DNA of 49,025 nt from Octopus bimaculoides (lineage: Eukaryota): positions 54,368,976-54,418,000 of the forward strand of contig NC_068996.1 of assembly GCF_001194135.2 (NCBI RefSeq). Direction: 5' to 3'. Numbering within the stretch: the stretch's first letter is position 1; each line of letters starts with the position of its first letter. Shown in pieces: positions 26,374 to 39,552 of the stretch. The position numbers were made by a program, and so were the translations under genes. The notes below the pieces were generated by a model. That model ran no database searches. It was not told the DNA's origin and saw only the letters and a list, made by a program, of their open reading frames with translations.

Positions 26374-26590
26374 GTAATGCGGAGAACTGGCAGAATCGTC
26401 AGCATGCCGGGCAAAATGCTTAGTAGCATGTCGTCTGTCTTTATATTCCGAGTTCAAATTCCGCCGAGGTTGACTTTGCATTTCATCCCTTCGGCATCGA
26501 TAAAATAAGTATCAGCTGAGCACTGGGGTCGATGTAATCGACTTACACTTCCACAAAAATTGCTGGCCCTGTGCGAAAATTTGAGACCGA
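26374..26590 (+). mobile_element. SINE family A, first of a tandem pair
   Basis: gtaatgcggagaactggcagaatc...gagttcaaattccgccgaggttgactttg..gtcgatgtaatcgactta..gagacc. Confidence 0.88.
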
Positions 26591-26600
26591 TGTTTGAAAG

Positions 26601-26820
26601 GCGTAAGGCGATGAGCTGGTAGAATGGTTAGTACGCCGGGCAAAAAACTTTGTGGTATTTCGTCTGCCTTTACGTTCTGTGTTCAAATTCCGCAGAGGTT
26701 GACTTTACCTTTAATCCTTTCAGGGTTGATCAAATAGGTACTCCTTGAGCACTGGGGTCTGTGTAATCGACTTACTCCCTGTCTTGAACATGCTGACCTT
26801 GTGCAAAAATGTGAAACCAA
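26601..26820 (+). mobile_element. SINE family A, second of a tandem pair
   Basis: gtaaggcgatgagctggtagaatg...gttcaaattccgcagaggttgac..gaaaccaa. Confidence 0.88.
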
Positions 26821-28453
26821 TATTTCAAAACCGTAGCAAACATATTAGTTCCAATGAATTAGCTTTTGTCTCGAGCATCATTTTTTTTCTTTTTTGCATA
26901 AACCCCAAATAAAATAATAGAGAAGTTGAAGTTAATGAGAGGAGTATTGAAGTATGATATGTAACATTGAGAATATATACCTGTGTTGTGCATAAGCATA
27001 CATATACACAGATATAAATACACATATATACAGCAATACAAATAATGAATTGTACATGAGTTACTTATAATGCAAGTCTTGTTAAGGCCTGTACGCTTTT
27101 ATTTAGCATAAAACTTAAAAATGTAATCACTTGTAATTTTTGAAAATCCGTTTTTTTATATTAAGAGAAATCACACTTTCGTTTCCTGAGACGAAAATAA
27201 ATTATTTCCCTTTATCTCTGCACAAATTACGACTGTATATGGAGAAAACCGAGGACCTAATTAAACGCGTTCACTGGAAAGCATTTCCTTGTGAGTCTGT
27301 TTTAAGTATTCCATGTCATTCAACAAACTACTCCTTTCACGCCGCGATGTTCTTACATTTCTTTGGATATTTTTTAGTAGATCTTTTTAGAGATCTTAGT
27401 AACCACTAACTCATACCTCCTCCATTTCTTCGGAGAAAAGGACACTCTAAGTGGTCTGTCGCGACCTCGCACACTGCAACGTAACTGATTCTGTGAAAGA
27501 TAACTCGTCCTAGTGGTTGGCTGGTACGTTGTATATCAACTCTGGAAGGATAAAAGGTTATGCTGGCCTCGGAAGGATTGTTCCTCGGAATTTAGAGAGC
27601 AATTACAGATTGTATGAGGACTCCACCGATAGATCACTTATGCATGAACATATCAATATCAAAGCATAACATTGCCATCTAGAAATAAAGAACAAGAACT
27701 TTTTTAACCCGATCTTCTAAGCAAACCTAACATTTCATAAGTACACAAAACCATTCTAATTTGAACTTAAATCTGACATTAAGCTTCTGATGAATTCGAA
27801 AAGAAAATATTAATATTTTCCGACAAAAACTTATATGAAATAAAATTAAATTAAATTAACGTATGTTATTCAATAATGAAATAACATAAAATTACACGAA
27901 AACCAGCGCTCAAACATGAAACTACACTAACAGAGCAGCGAAAACGGAACAAAATATATCTAAAACTTGACTGTAGGCTGAAAATCTTAGTTCAAAACGA
28001 ACTTTTAATTACAATTAAAAATCTCAAAAATAATTTTGTACATTAACAGCTAAATCGGAAATTGAACTGCTTAGTTAGAAAAATTTTGTAACTTTAAGAA
28101 CAATCTTAGGAAAGCTACTGTTCCTTTGACAATGGAACAGTGTTAGCACAGTTATTTGCTAACTTAGATATATTGATATCAAACGTAACTTGAATTGCCC
28201 AATTCGATATTGTTGATTTTTATCCTTCCCTTTCCATATATAGATCCCGGATTTATTAATACTATCTATAAGTGATAAGGGCATCAAAATTATCATTTAC
28301 ACTTGAAGAACTCTACTTTTTGGCAAAGCATCCGATTGGAATATATCATAACGCAGAGATAGGTGATCTTGAGGAAAGAAACATTTTCGATATATTATGT
28401 AATAAATTTACTTCAGTAGATTTCAGTTATATCAAAACGAAAGATTAGCAATA

Positions 28454-28795
28454 CAGTAATTCTTCGACTATCGTGGGTGTTACGATCTGAACCCCATCCC
28501 CCACCCCCCACATACTATATATATATTTTTTAGATATCTTTATAATTTGTATATATTTATTTTATTATAAATGCAAAACAACACCACGGAGGAATCAACG
28601 TAAGCTTAAATAGTAAACCGCGATAGATGAACCGCGATAGATGAACCGCGATAGATGAACCGCGATAGATGAACCACGATAGATGAACCGCGATAGATGA
28701 ACCGCGATAGATGAACCGCGATAGATGAACCGCGATAGATGAACCGCGATAGATGAACCGCGATAGATGAACCGCGAAATGGCGAGGAATTACTG
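28454..28795. mobile_element. pogo/Tigger-type MITE with TA target-site duplication
   Basis: TA|CAGTAATTCTTCG (28454-28466) ... CGAGGAATTACTG|TA (28783-28795), 12/13 inverted match. Removing it restores LAI-FKI continuity in the host Penelope RT. Confidence 0.85.
28616..28777. repeat. 14-bp minisatellite, 11 units plus 8 nt
   Basis: AACCGCGATAGATG x11, one G>A variant in unit 5, lying in the right subterminal region of the MITE. Confidence 0.97.
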
Positions 28796-29892
28796 TATTC
28801 AAAATTCCAGTGAACACACATTAGACTCCTTAAAGGATACAATTATTAACACACTCAGCACATATAACCTAACAACTGTTATCGGTAAAAACGTAACTTT
28901 AGTTAACTTCTTTGATGTAACAATAAAATTAATTACTGGCTTACATAAATTATTGCACAACAAAACTAATTAGAAAAACTTAATTATTTCAACTTAGGTT
29001 CACACTACCTACACATTGTTTTTAAAAATCTTCATAAGGATTATCAATTTATCGCCAAACAAGGAATTGGCTAATTTAGCGAGGAAATTACCAGCACTCG
29101 AGTTATAATCGATTCCAAAACACCTATATTTTATGATTCATATTTCTCTTAAGCGAGAAAACCTTCAACTCCTTGATTGGAAACATACATTCCCATTAAC
29201 TATATTATTAAAAAGACATTTAATAATATAGAAAACTACTTAACAGACATGTACGTGAAATAAGTTAGTTTCACCACCAATATGAAGAATATCCTATCCC
29301 ACACATCGCACAGAAGAACTGAGGTCAACTACTCCTGTAGAAACGCTAAGACATTGCTCACTAATATGTATTGTATTGCGGAAGCTCTCACGACTAATAT
29401 GAGGTAACTACTTTCAAACTGAACCTCGACGCCGTTAGCAATCACTACATTAGCTTGATCGGGGGGAACTTCCAGAAAATACACTTGGATCATATTTCCT
29501 CTTTAATATTCATTAAAAAGAGAGATATAACTGAATTCTACAACTAAATCTGGTAATGAAAGAAAAGATTTCCAGTTGTAATATCAAATGGAAGATTGTT
29601 GACAAATCAAGAGCTTTCAAGAAATGAACAAAAAGATGTGATCTTTGAGCAACACAGAGAAGCCTCAACAACAGTCTTTTGCAACATTGAACTTAAACAC
29701 AAGATCCTAAATTTTCGAGTAATATAGGCACTTCAAGAAACACCTACTACTATCCCTATCTAATTAACTGTACCCGCTAATAACCGCCACCTACCTACTA
29801 TGTAAGATAGCTCCTTTTCCTATATATACTTACATTTTAATTCGACAGTAATTATATGTGAATGAGTACTATAATTGCATGCAAGTTAATAA

Positions 29893-30223
29893 GCATCAGT
29901 GGTTAGAGCATCGTACTCACAATCATGAGGTTGTGAGTTCGAATCCCGGCCCAGGCTGCATGTTGTGTTCTTGAGCAAGACGCTTTATTTCACGTTGCTC
30001 CAGTTCACTCAGCTGTAGAAATGAGTTGCGATGTCACTGGTGCCAAGCTGTATTGGCCTATGCCTTTCCCTTGGATAATATCGGTGGCGTGGAGAGGGGA
30101 GGTTGGAAGGCATGGGCGACTACTGGTCTTCCATAAACAGCCTTACCTGGAGTTGTGCCTTGATGGAGAATTTTCTGGGTGCAATCCCATGGTCATTCAT
30201 GACTGAAGGGGCTCTTTACCTTT
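29893..30223 (+). mobile_element. tRNA-derived SINE with CORE-like centre (family B-related head, different tail)
   Basis: agtggttagagc (A-box), gagttcgaatccc (B-box), tgttcttgagcaagacgctttatttc..ccagttcactcagctgtagaaatgag, tail ...tttaccttt. Confidence 0.85.
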
Positions 30224-30715
30224 GACCCTACACACATATATATATATATATANNNNNNNNNNNNNNNNNNNNNNNNNNNNNNNNNNNNNNNNNNNNNNNN
30301 NNNNNNNNNNNNNNNNNNNNNNNNNNNNNNNNNNNNNNNNNNNNNNNNNNNNNNNNNNNNNNNNNNNNNNNNNNNNNNNNNNNNNNNNNNNNNNNNNNNN
30401 NNNNNNNNNNNNNNNNNNNNNNNNNNNNNNNNNNNNNNNNNNNNNNNNNNNNNNNNNNNNNNNNNNNNNNNNNNNNNNNNNNNNNNNNNNNNNNNNNNNN
30501 NNNNNNNNNNNNNNNNNNNNNNNNNNNNNNNNNNNNNNNNNNNNNNNNNNNNNNNNNNNNNNNNNNNNNNNNNNNNNNNNNNNNNNNNNNNNNNNNNNNN
30601 NNNNNNNNNNNNNNNNNNNNNNNNNNNNNNNNNNNNNNNNNNNNNNNNNNNNNNNNNNNNNNNNNNNNNNNNNNNNNNNNNNNNNNNNNNNNNNNNNNNN
30701 NNNNNNNNNNNNNNN

Positions 30716-30787
<72 letters not shown>

Positions 30788-31670
30788 TTAGTTATAGATA
30801 CTCTTCGATCACTCTTGCCTTTGGAAATGTAATAAAACTGATTTTCCCATAGAAATCATATGTAAATGCTATAAAATAAATAAGTAAATAAATACATCCT
30901 AGAGAGAAATGATTACGCGGTGTCCATCGACCCAAAGAAATTTTGTCACAATTTATATTTTACAATTTCCCTTTTTAAAAAGTGTCCATTTGGTCAGTGT
31001 TTAACATTAATTAGTCCTGCAGTAGACATGAACTCTGGTTGTAATAGTCTAACACGTTCCCAACTTGACCAATTAAAACGGTCACTAATAGATGTTTAAA
31101 GAGATTTTGTTTTCAGTTCATTACGTATAATTGAATTGTCTTCTATAAATAGACTTACCTGTTCTAAAATTAACAACACATCCTCAGACATTCTATCGGA
31201 AAACGTTAACTGAATTATGACAATTCAAAACACAAACACAAAAAAAAACGCCCAGATTACATTATTTGATTATGTTCCTCAACGCCAATCATACACATAC
31301 ACATATTCTGTGCTTGCTTTTCAAATATTTAACATTTGTAAATCATAACACAACTTTGGGCTTACAGACCGTCTTTGGTTATTACTTCGAAGCTTAACTT
31401 GTGTTGCTTTTATTATTTCGAAACTTTTCAAGTTTGCTGTTTCTGTTAGAAGCTAAAGTTGTCATACCTGCCTTTTACTTGCTTAAAATATATTTTCTTA
31501 TATCTTCCTAAAAGACGTATTTCGTATTTTCCTAAAATATAAACATTTTCCATTTTACCATTATCCTGTTATCGTTATACCCTTCTCTTTCTATTCTTCT
31601 CACTCTCTCTTTCTCTCTCTCTTTCTCCAAACTGCTCTCTATATCTCTTCCTCTATCATTTTATTTCTTT

Positions 31671-31707
<37 letters not shown>

Positions 31708-31739
31708 CTCTTTCTCTTCCTCTTTCCTTCTCTCATATT

Positions 31740-32700
31740 ATTTTGTAAAAATTCTTCTTTTTGCAAACTGTTTGACCAGTCATGTTCGGGCTTTTCATTC
31801 TATAGTTGTAGTGTATGTTCTGGCAAATAATGTCCAAACAGAAATAGCTGACCATAACATTATGGATATTGAAAAGTTTGTTATATTTGACTTGACAGGA
31901 ATTTTCATCAGAGCTAGAAAGTTCTTGGCTACACTGTTAGTGACATTCAAGTTGAATGGTGAATTAAACTAAGTTACCCTCTTATTACTAGTTCTTCTTT
32001 TGTGTATTGGAAGGGCATTGTTTTATATGTATTCTGACCTAAAAATTAACCATCATTATAGTAGAAGGTAGCCTCTTAAAGCAATAATTGTTTGAAGATA
32101 GTCAAGAGACACTCCTATTTATTTCAGCCTTAAATTTCCTAGTTATAATCGGGGATTGGTTGGGATTTTGTCTCTTTCTCTATATCTATTTGTCTATGTA
32201 AATATATACTTACTAACATGTATTCCTGTGAGGGTTGTTTGCCTGTATTTAAATCTAGTGTTCTATGTAGGAAGTCGGCAATCATTAGGGATTGCTATTT
32301 TACTAATAATTTTGTGCTACATATTTCAATCTGGCTATGTTCACTAGTGGTGTCTTACATCCCCCAAACTATGATAGAAATTAAGCTTGAACAATTAACT
32401 CCACACAAAAAGCTCTCTGTAGATAAATTAAGACCTCTAATATCAATAAGTATATCTAATTTTCGCTCCTATAGAGCTTGTTGGATAATAGCTTGTCTTC
32501 CTAACATTGATAGCAATACTAGTATTTTACCCTGGTTTTACCGGCGATTACTCTTACATATGATAGCTTAGGTTAGCTCAAAACCACCACTTACTCAGGG
32601 TAACTCTCAGCACCTGAAACATCTTGTACAACATAACGAGAGCAGCAGGCGCGGGATTCAATTGTTTACTCCCCTATTTTGTTTACAAGTTAAATCTCTA
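31740..32700 (-). mobile_element. second Naiad-like Penelope fragment (RT C-terminal half and linker), decayed
   Basis: Minus strand DFLHRTLDLNTG (from FLDVTLDLxTG), SNQSPII..INRSVS*LSSN, RVT*FNSPFNLNVTNSVAKNFL (from RKxxWFNPPFxxNV). Confidence 0.6.
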
Positions 32701-33081
32701 CTTAATCACTCTTTCAATTTTCTAAAATTAAACTTTTCCACCTCAACATAAATACCACTGTGTATCTAACTCTTCCACTATAAAGCTTTCTTACTCTACT
32801 GCACCTAATCTTGACTCCTGGACTGCGGCTTCTCTCAAATAAAAATTCGACTTAATCCATATGTACTCAGGAATATTTTAATTTTATAACATCATTCCTA
32901 GTAATCATTTAATAATAATGATAATGTTAGTGTGACTAACAGCTTTATTGGCATTACTAATAACAATACTAACACCATTTGCAATAACAATTCGAAATAG
33001 CAACCTTACTGGAGCCGGAAGTAAATTTTAAGATAAATATATATAAATATGCCTGCTAATTTTTTCTAATATCAGCAACGC

Positions 33082-33082
33082 A

Positions 33083-33147
<65 letters not shown>
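33082..33147. repeat. (AAT)n microsatellite
   Basis: About 21 perfect units. Confidence 0.97.
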
Positions 33148-33148
<1 letters not shown>

Positions 33149-34796
33149 TTTGATTGTAGTATTGACAATATGGAGAAGAATATTAATAACAATAGCTTTA
33201 ACGATAATGATGAATCAACATGGTTCGAAAAAAAGGTAATTGTTGAGAACCTAACAATTGCGATATGGGTGTCATTGCTTGCTATATAAAATTGTATATA
33301 GATGCATTTTTTATACTAGGTACCAAAATTCGACAAATATATATATATTGGTTCTTCCACTGATTACAGGATTACGCACAAATCTTCCACCTCGTTAAGA
33401 AATTATATAAATTACTTGATGACAAAAAGCCTTTCAAATTATATTACTTGGTTTATTATTAGGACTGGGAGACATTAAAATGTTGACTATATTGCATATA
33501 ATCTTATGCAGCGGAGAATCTCTTGAAATATTACGTGGTTATAAGGGACCTTATCCTTAATAAAAAGCGTGATACAGTTACATTCTGCAGACATTGATTA
33601 TTAAAAACGTTTAATTTTTATCATAGATCACTTAAGCTCCAATCGTCCCAGATAAATATAAACTTGTATTTCGATCTATTAGATCTTTGTCTTAGCTTTA
33701 ATATATCCCTCTTAATCTGTTTACACATATCAACTTGGCTCAGTTAGAATTATGAAATCTCTTTATTATTACGATACCTTGGAATCTTTAAAAGCTCTGC
33801 ATATGATTATGTAACGATATGGTTTTTTTTTAGTTCCCCCTTATATATTTACAAAATTACCTTTTATTCCTTATTTTATCCTCTTTACATTTTCCCAGCA
33901 ACTCTTGTCGTTCTGCATGTTTAAGGCTTATACTGTATTACGACTACCAAATAGTCATTTTGTCGTTCCCCTAACAGGGTGATACCTGGTTTACTCCCCA
34001 TCCTTTCTTTCTTTCCCCTATTGAATTCTCTATGATCTTGTTTCCCTATTTCTATTTTCCACAAACTTAGATTTATTTGATATATTTCAAATAGAATGTA
34101 ACCGACAAAATTACCCTTTCATCTATTATCTCTTTCTTTCTCCTTTTTTTCTTTTTTTTTTCTTTATTCTTTTCTTCCCTTTTCCCTCTCCCTTACTTTT
34201 ACTAGCAGGATCTTGTTCTTGATCTCAGACTCTTACTTCTCACTCTATCTACTTCGCCACTACTAATACCCATCTTTCTCCGATTTCTATCTTTTTCTTT
34301 TTGTTTTTTTTTATGTTTGTATGCCTCAGTATGCATATCTGTTTGCGTAATACACACTTTCGTTTCTTGAGACGAAAGTAAATTATTTTCCCTTTATCTC
34401 TGCACAGTGAACTTTTGAAACAGCTGTAAAGATTTTCCAAAACTACATTTTCCTTCTCTAAATATATTTATGCTTATATAACATGATTTATAAACTATGA
34501 ATCTTCATATAAAATTGCTCGCTTATCTTTTCTCTCAACTGTCCGCGAGAGCTTTATATTTATCATAACCAACTCCTTCTCCGTTAGACTATTCCACACT
34601 TTATGTCGTTGGTTGTTGAGAATCTGGACTAATCCAAGCACTGACAAGGTGTCTATCTACTCCACGCTTATCACAGCATTTCCTCATCTATTATATATGC
34701 ATGTGTCTATCTATCTGTATATACATAGATAAATATGGTTCAAAAGTGTGTGTGTGTGCTTGTGTGCATGTATGTATATATTCATATGTATATGTG

Positions 34797-34844
<48 letters not shown>

Positions 34845-35870
34845 TATGTATATATACATGTATGTAAATGTAGATTAAAATAGAAAATGAAAACGCAAAA
34901 TATTCGACACCACTCAAAAAGCATTTAATTTAGATAAACATCATAAACAAATAGAATACCCAACAGCTGTCTCTAGAATACCAACGCATGTATATCATGC
35001 TATTCAGTAGGCTACATATTCTGTCGTCGGACAGAGAGAAATCAGAAAATATTAGAAATTAAGAATATACCCAATAGAGGAAGCTAGTACAGTCAAATTT
35101 GTCGAAAAATGAAGGAAAGGTCAAAGTGAAAAGTATATGCGTTAGGTAGTTCCATAATCATATAAATAATAAAGTTTTAGGTAAGGTCCACTATTAGTTT
35201 CATAGGTGAATACTTGACGATGATCCATATGTACATATATGTATATATATATATTTATAAATATAATTAAGGGATCAGCAAACAGTTGCTTCNNNNNNNN
35301 NNNNNNNNNNNNNNNNNNNNNNNNNNNNNNNNNNNNNNNNNNNNNNNNNNNNNNNNNNNNNNNNNNNNNNNNNNNNNNNNNNNNNNNNNNNNNNNNNNNN
35401 NNNNNNNNNNNNNNNNNNNNNNNNNNNNNNNNNNNNNNNNNNNNNNNNNNNNNNNNNNNNNNNNNNNNNNNNNNNNNNNNNNNNNNNNNNNNNNNNNNNN
35501 NNNNNNNNNNNNNNNNNNNNNNNNNNNNNNNNNNNNNNNNNNNNNNNNNNNNNNNNNNNNNNNNNNNNNNNNNNNNNNNNNNNNNNNNNNNNNNNNNNNN
35601 NNNNNNNNNNNNNNNNNNNNNNNNNNNNNNNNNNNNNNNNNNNNNNNNNNNNNNNNNNNNNNNNNNNNNNNNNNNNNNNNNNNNNNNNNNNNNNNNNNNN
35701 NNNNNNNNNNNNNNNNNNNNNNNNNNNNNNNNNNNNNNNNNNNNNNNNNNNNNNNNNNNNNNNNNNNNNNNNNNNNNNNNNNNNNNNNNNNNNNNNNNNN
35801 NNNNNNNNNNNNNNNNNNNNNNNNNNNNNNNNNNNNNNNNNNNNNNNNNNNNNNNNNNNNNNNNNNNNNN

Positions 35871-36228
35871 TTGTACACAGTTTCTCTTCTCTATCTTAAA
35901 TCATTATATCAGGTATTTTGTGCTTACATTTTATTGAGATTTTCATTGGTATATTCTACCAGTATTCCTTTTTATTATGAGCTTCTACCGTACTGCGGGT
36001 TCTTATTTCTTTGTCCTCAAGATTATCCTTCCGACAGATTTCGTTATAGAGTGTCCTACTTACAGCATCATGTCTCAGTGATAGATATAACGGTGATGAC
36101 ATTTTCGGACAACTGCTTATGATGTAGGTGATATCTTCAGTGTTAACTCCACAAAGTCTGCATCGGTTGTCGCATTTTGCTGCTTTTCCTGCATTTCTGT
36201 CCCTTTTGTGCATCACGTATTTGGTTAA
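35871..36228 (-). mobile_element. Dong-like LINE fragment (CCHC to RLE), same family as 47839-48685
   Basis: MMHKRDRNAGKAAKCDNRCRLCGVNTEDITYIISSCPKMS..RHDAVSRTLYNEI; 3' part lost in an N-gap. Confidence 0.85.
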
Positions 36229-37106
36229 TATGTATGTATTATGTTAGCTGCCTTAAATGTAGCTTTAAACAATACTATAAACAGAAACAAAAAGTGATAG
36301 GGTTATATATTTTTAGTAGTGACACAGTTTTCAACGTTGACTCGAAAAGTGGACGCAGTGGTTAGATAAACCCTATGTTTGTTTTTTCTTTCAATGGTCA
36401 AAAAAAAGAAATGATTGACCAGTTTAAGTGGCTTTTACCGTTTCACTAGAGGTCTTTTACTAATTTTGTTGGCCACAGAGTTATTACTGAATTATAGATA
36501 ATTCATTATAGAAAGAAACACGGATAGAATTAATGTGATCTATCACGATTAACAGTGGTGCAATATTAGCAACATTTAATTAATTAATAGAAACACTTCC
36601 TGGTAACCGGATAAACAGATAAGATCAACTTGTTTTGCGTTTTTAATAAAATCACAATTTTAGTTTCGCTTTGATAAGTAGATATTTTGGCTAAACTGCA
36701 TGTTGACTCTTTGTGTTCCAGAACAAAAAAGACCTGTTTCAAAGGTTGCTTACTTGTTCTCCTGCATACAGAGAATATAAGAATTTAGAGCTATCTATAA
36801 CAAGTATAAGTAGTGTAAGATATAAGAACGATAGGCCTTAAAAGAAGTAATAAAGATGTTATGATATTAATCGATTCGACCATTTTTTTCTTTTGTCTTT
36901 ATAGAGACCACTTACGGCTTAACCCTGATATCTAATTTTCAAAGTGAGGCTAGAAATGAATTTTTGTTAAAAACACACCCTCGTGAATTTACCGTACATG
37001 TCTATTTATCCAGAAGCGGTGTATAGTACTATCAATTAAATGTTGCCAACACTTGAATTATTGTTACACACATTAGAACAGACCAATTTAGTTCTATCCG
37101 AGGCTA

Positions 37107-37253
<147 letters not shown>

Positions 37254-37769
37254 GAGCTAGTATCAGGAAAGCGTCTAGTTAATTACAGATGTATTCTGAT
37301 GAACGATTCTGAGAATAGCTCTGATACATTCTGAAAGCTGTGATCTTGATAATAAGGAAAACAAGACAGTATTTCTATATATCTCAAGAAATGAAAATGT
37401 AATAGAAAAAAAAAGAACATTGTGTCTGATAATAAATCAAAACAAGACACGATTAAGATTAACTTGAATAATGTAAAACTATTGAAAACAATTTAAAGAA
37501 AATAATACGAAAGGTATGATATAGAAAGTCAGAACTGAATGGTTCAACTCTTGATTCGAAGCCAAATAACATCTCAAAGCCAAATGTATATTCATAATTA
37601 AAATGTTAATTGTTTAGTTGTTTCCGGTATACATTCAACTTCCCATTCCATATAATCGGTATCATCATCCTCGACATCGTAACCTCATCATGCAAACACC
37701 TTTTTTTCTAATCAACACATTCCTGTAATGACAATGTCTCCCTTACCCACCTCCCCACCCATGCTCCCA

Positions 37770-38170
37770 GTTGCCGTCATCACCACCGTCGTCGTCGTCA
37801 TCCCTTTCAACATCATCACCATCATCATCAATTGCTGCCACCGTCGACGTCGTCATCATCATCATCATCATTGTTATTACCATCATTAGCATTATCCAAT
37901 ATTTAACGCATCATTGCATTCTTGAGACCATTCCAAGTTAGTAGTAGTAGTAGTAGTAGTAGTAGTAGCAGCAGCAGCAGCGGCGGCAGCAGCAGCAGCA
38001 GAAGCAGCAGTAGTAGCGGCGGCGGCGGCGGCGGTGCAGGTGGTGGTGGTTTGGTGGTAGTGGTCGTGGTATTCGTTGTGGCATTGTCACTTTCATCACT
38101 ATATTTATATACTACTACCACCACCACCACCACCACTACCACCACTACTACCACTACTACCATCACTACT
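37770..38170. repeat. compound trinucleotide low-complexity block (CAT/GTC/AGT/AGC/GGC/GGT/ACC/ACT)
   Basis: Successive trinucleotide tracts; no splice or homology evidence for coding. Confidence 0.9.
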
Positions 38171-38860
38171 GCAGTACTGAAACCTTTTTATGATAATTCA
38201 CAGCTGTGATAAATCGATGTTAGACGTACTTCTGTGCTTTCTGTTAATTAAAGCACTTTATTATGCCTTTAGAAACGTTTTCCTCTTATACACGACTAAT
38301 GTATTTTACTTTTTAACTTCTCAACTAAGCGATATTCATTATTTCCATANNNNNNNNNNNNNNNNNNNNNNNNNNNNNNNNNNNNNNNNNNNNNNNNNNN
38401 NNNNNNNNNNNNNNNNNNNNNNNNNNNNNNNNNNNNNNNNNNNNNNNNNNNNNNNNNNNNNNNNNNNNNNNNNNNNNNNNNNNNNNNNNNNNNNNNNNNN
38501 NNNNNNNNNNNNNNNNNNNNNNNNNNNNNNNNNNNNNNNNNNNNNNNNNNNNNNNNNNNNNNNNNNNNNNNNNNNNNNNNNNNNNNNNNNNNNNNNNNNN
38601 NNNNNNNNNNNNNNNNNNNNNNNNNNNNNNNNNNNNNNNNNNNNNNNNNNNNNNNNNNNNNNNNNNNNNNNNNNNNNNNNNNNNNNNNNNNNNNNNNNNN
38701 NNNNNNNNNNNNNNNNNNNNNNNNNNNNNNNNNNNNNNNNNNNNNNNNNNNNNNNNNNNNNNNNNNNNNNNNNNNNNNNNNNNNNNNNNNNNNNNNNNNN
38801 NNNNNNNNNNNNNNNNNNNNNNNNNNNNNNNNNNNNNNNNNNNNNNNNNNNNNNNNNNNA

Positions 38861-38894
38861 CATACATACATACATACATACATACATACATACA

Positions 38895-38928
<34 letters not shown>

Positions 38929-39220
38929 CAGACACACATACATACTTGGATACATACATACATACATACATACATACATAAATACCTACCTACATACATA
39001 CAGACACACATACATGCGTACAGAAACACATACATACTTGCATACATACATAAATGCATACATACATACATACATACATACATACACACATTCATACATA
39101 CATACATACTTACATACATACTTACATACATACATACATACATATATACATACATACATACATACACACATACATACATACATACATACATACATACATA
39201 CATACATACATACATACATG
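38861..39220. repeat. (CATA)n microsatellite
   Basis: Long CATA tract after an N-gap. Confidence 0.95.
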
Positions 39221-39500
39221 CGTACTTGCACTTGGTGTTCGTAGATCAAAGCGTAGTTATTTCCCAACAAATATCCGATGTGTATATAGTCTCCTCATAG
39301 AACGCATACTTCTCTACGCATCCATATAGTAGAATATCTTTTTTTCATACATATGAACATAGAAAGTGTCCCATAAACACATTAAGTAACGCATGACTGA
39401 TTGGACTTCCCTTCTTCCCACAGAAAAAACATATACTTAAGTCATTGTAGTGTGTATATATCCATCTATCTATACACACACACACACACACGTACACACA

Positions 39501-39552
<52 letters not shown>

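Larger units (their letters stand above)
27120..29760 (+). mobile_element. Penelope-like element (RT + C-terminal GIY-YIG; Naiad-like), near full length, decayed
   Basis: KTEDLIKRVHWKAF (about 27245), ILIFSDK, AKSEI, QFDIVDFYPSL (28200-28232), AEIGDL, VNFFDVTI, NMKNILSTH, YISLIGGT (GIY-YIG-like), IKWKIVDKS..RCDL. Many stops and frameshifts. Clade name is tentative. Confidence 0.75.

Noticed and set aside
28616-28777. CRISPR-like array
   Set aside because: Contiguous 14-bp units with no spacers, inside a eukaryotic MITE.
27120-29760. In-frame TGA as selenocysteine in the Naiad-like ORF
   Set aside because: The copy has many stops of all types and frameshifts, so TGA cannot be told from decay.
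29855-29890. Hammerhead remnant after the Naiad-like element (gtgaatgagtac..gcatgcaag)
   Set aside because: Neither CTGANGA nor GAAA is intact; could be chance.
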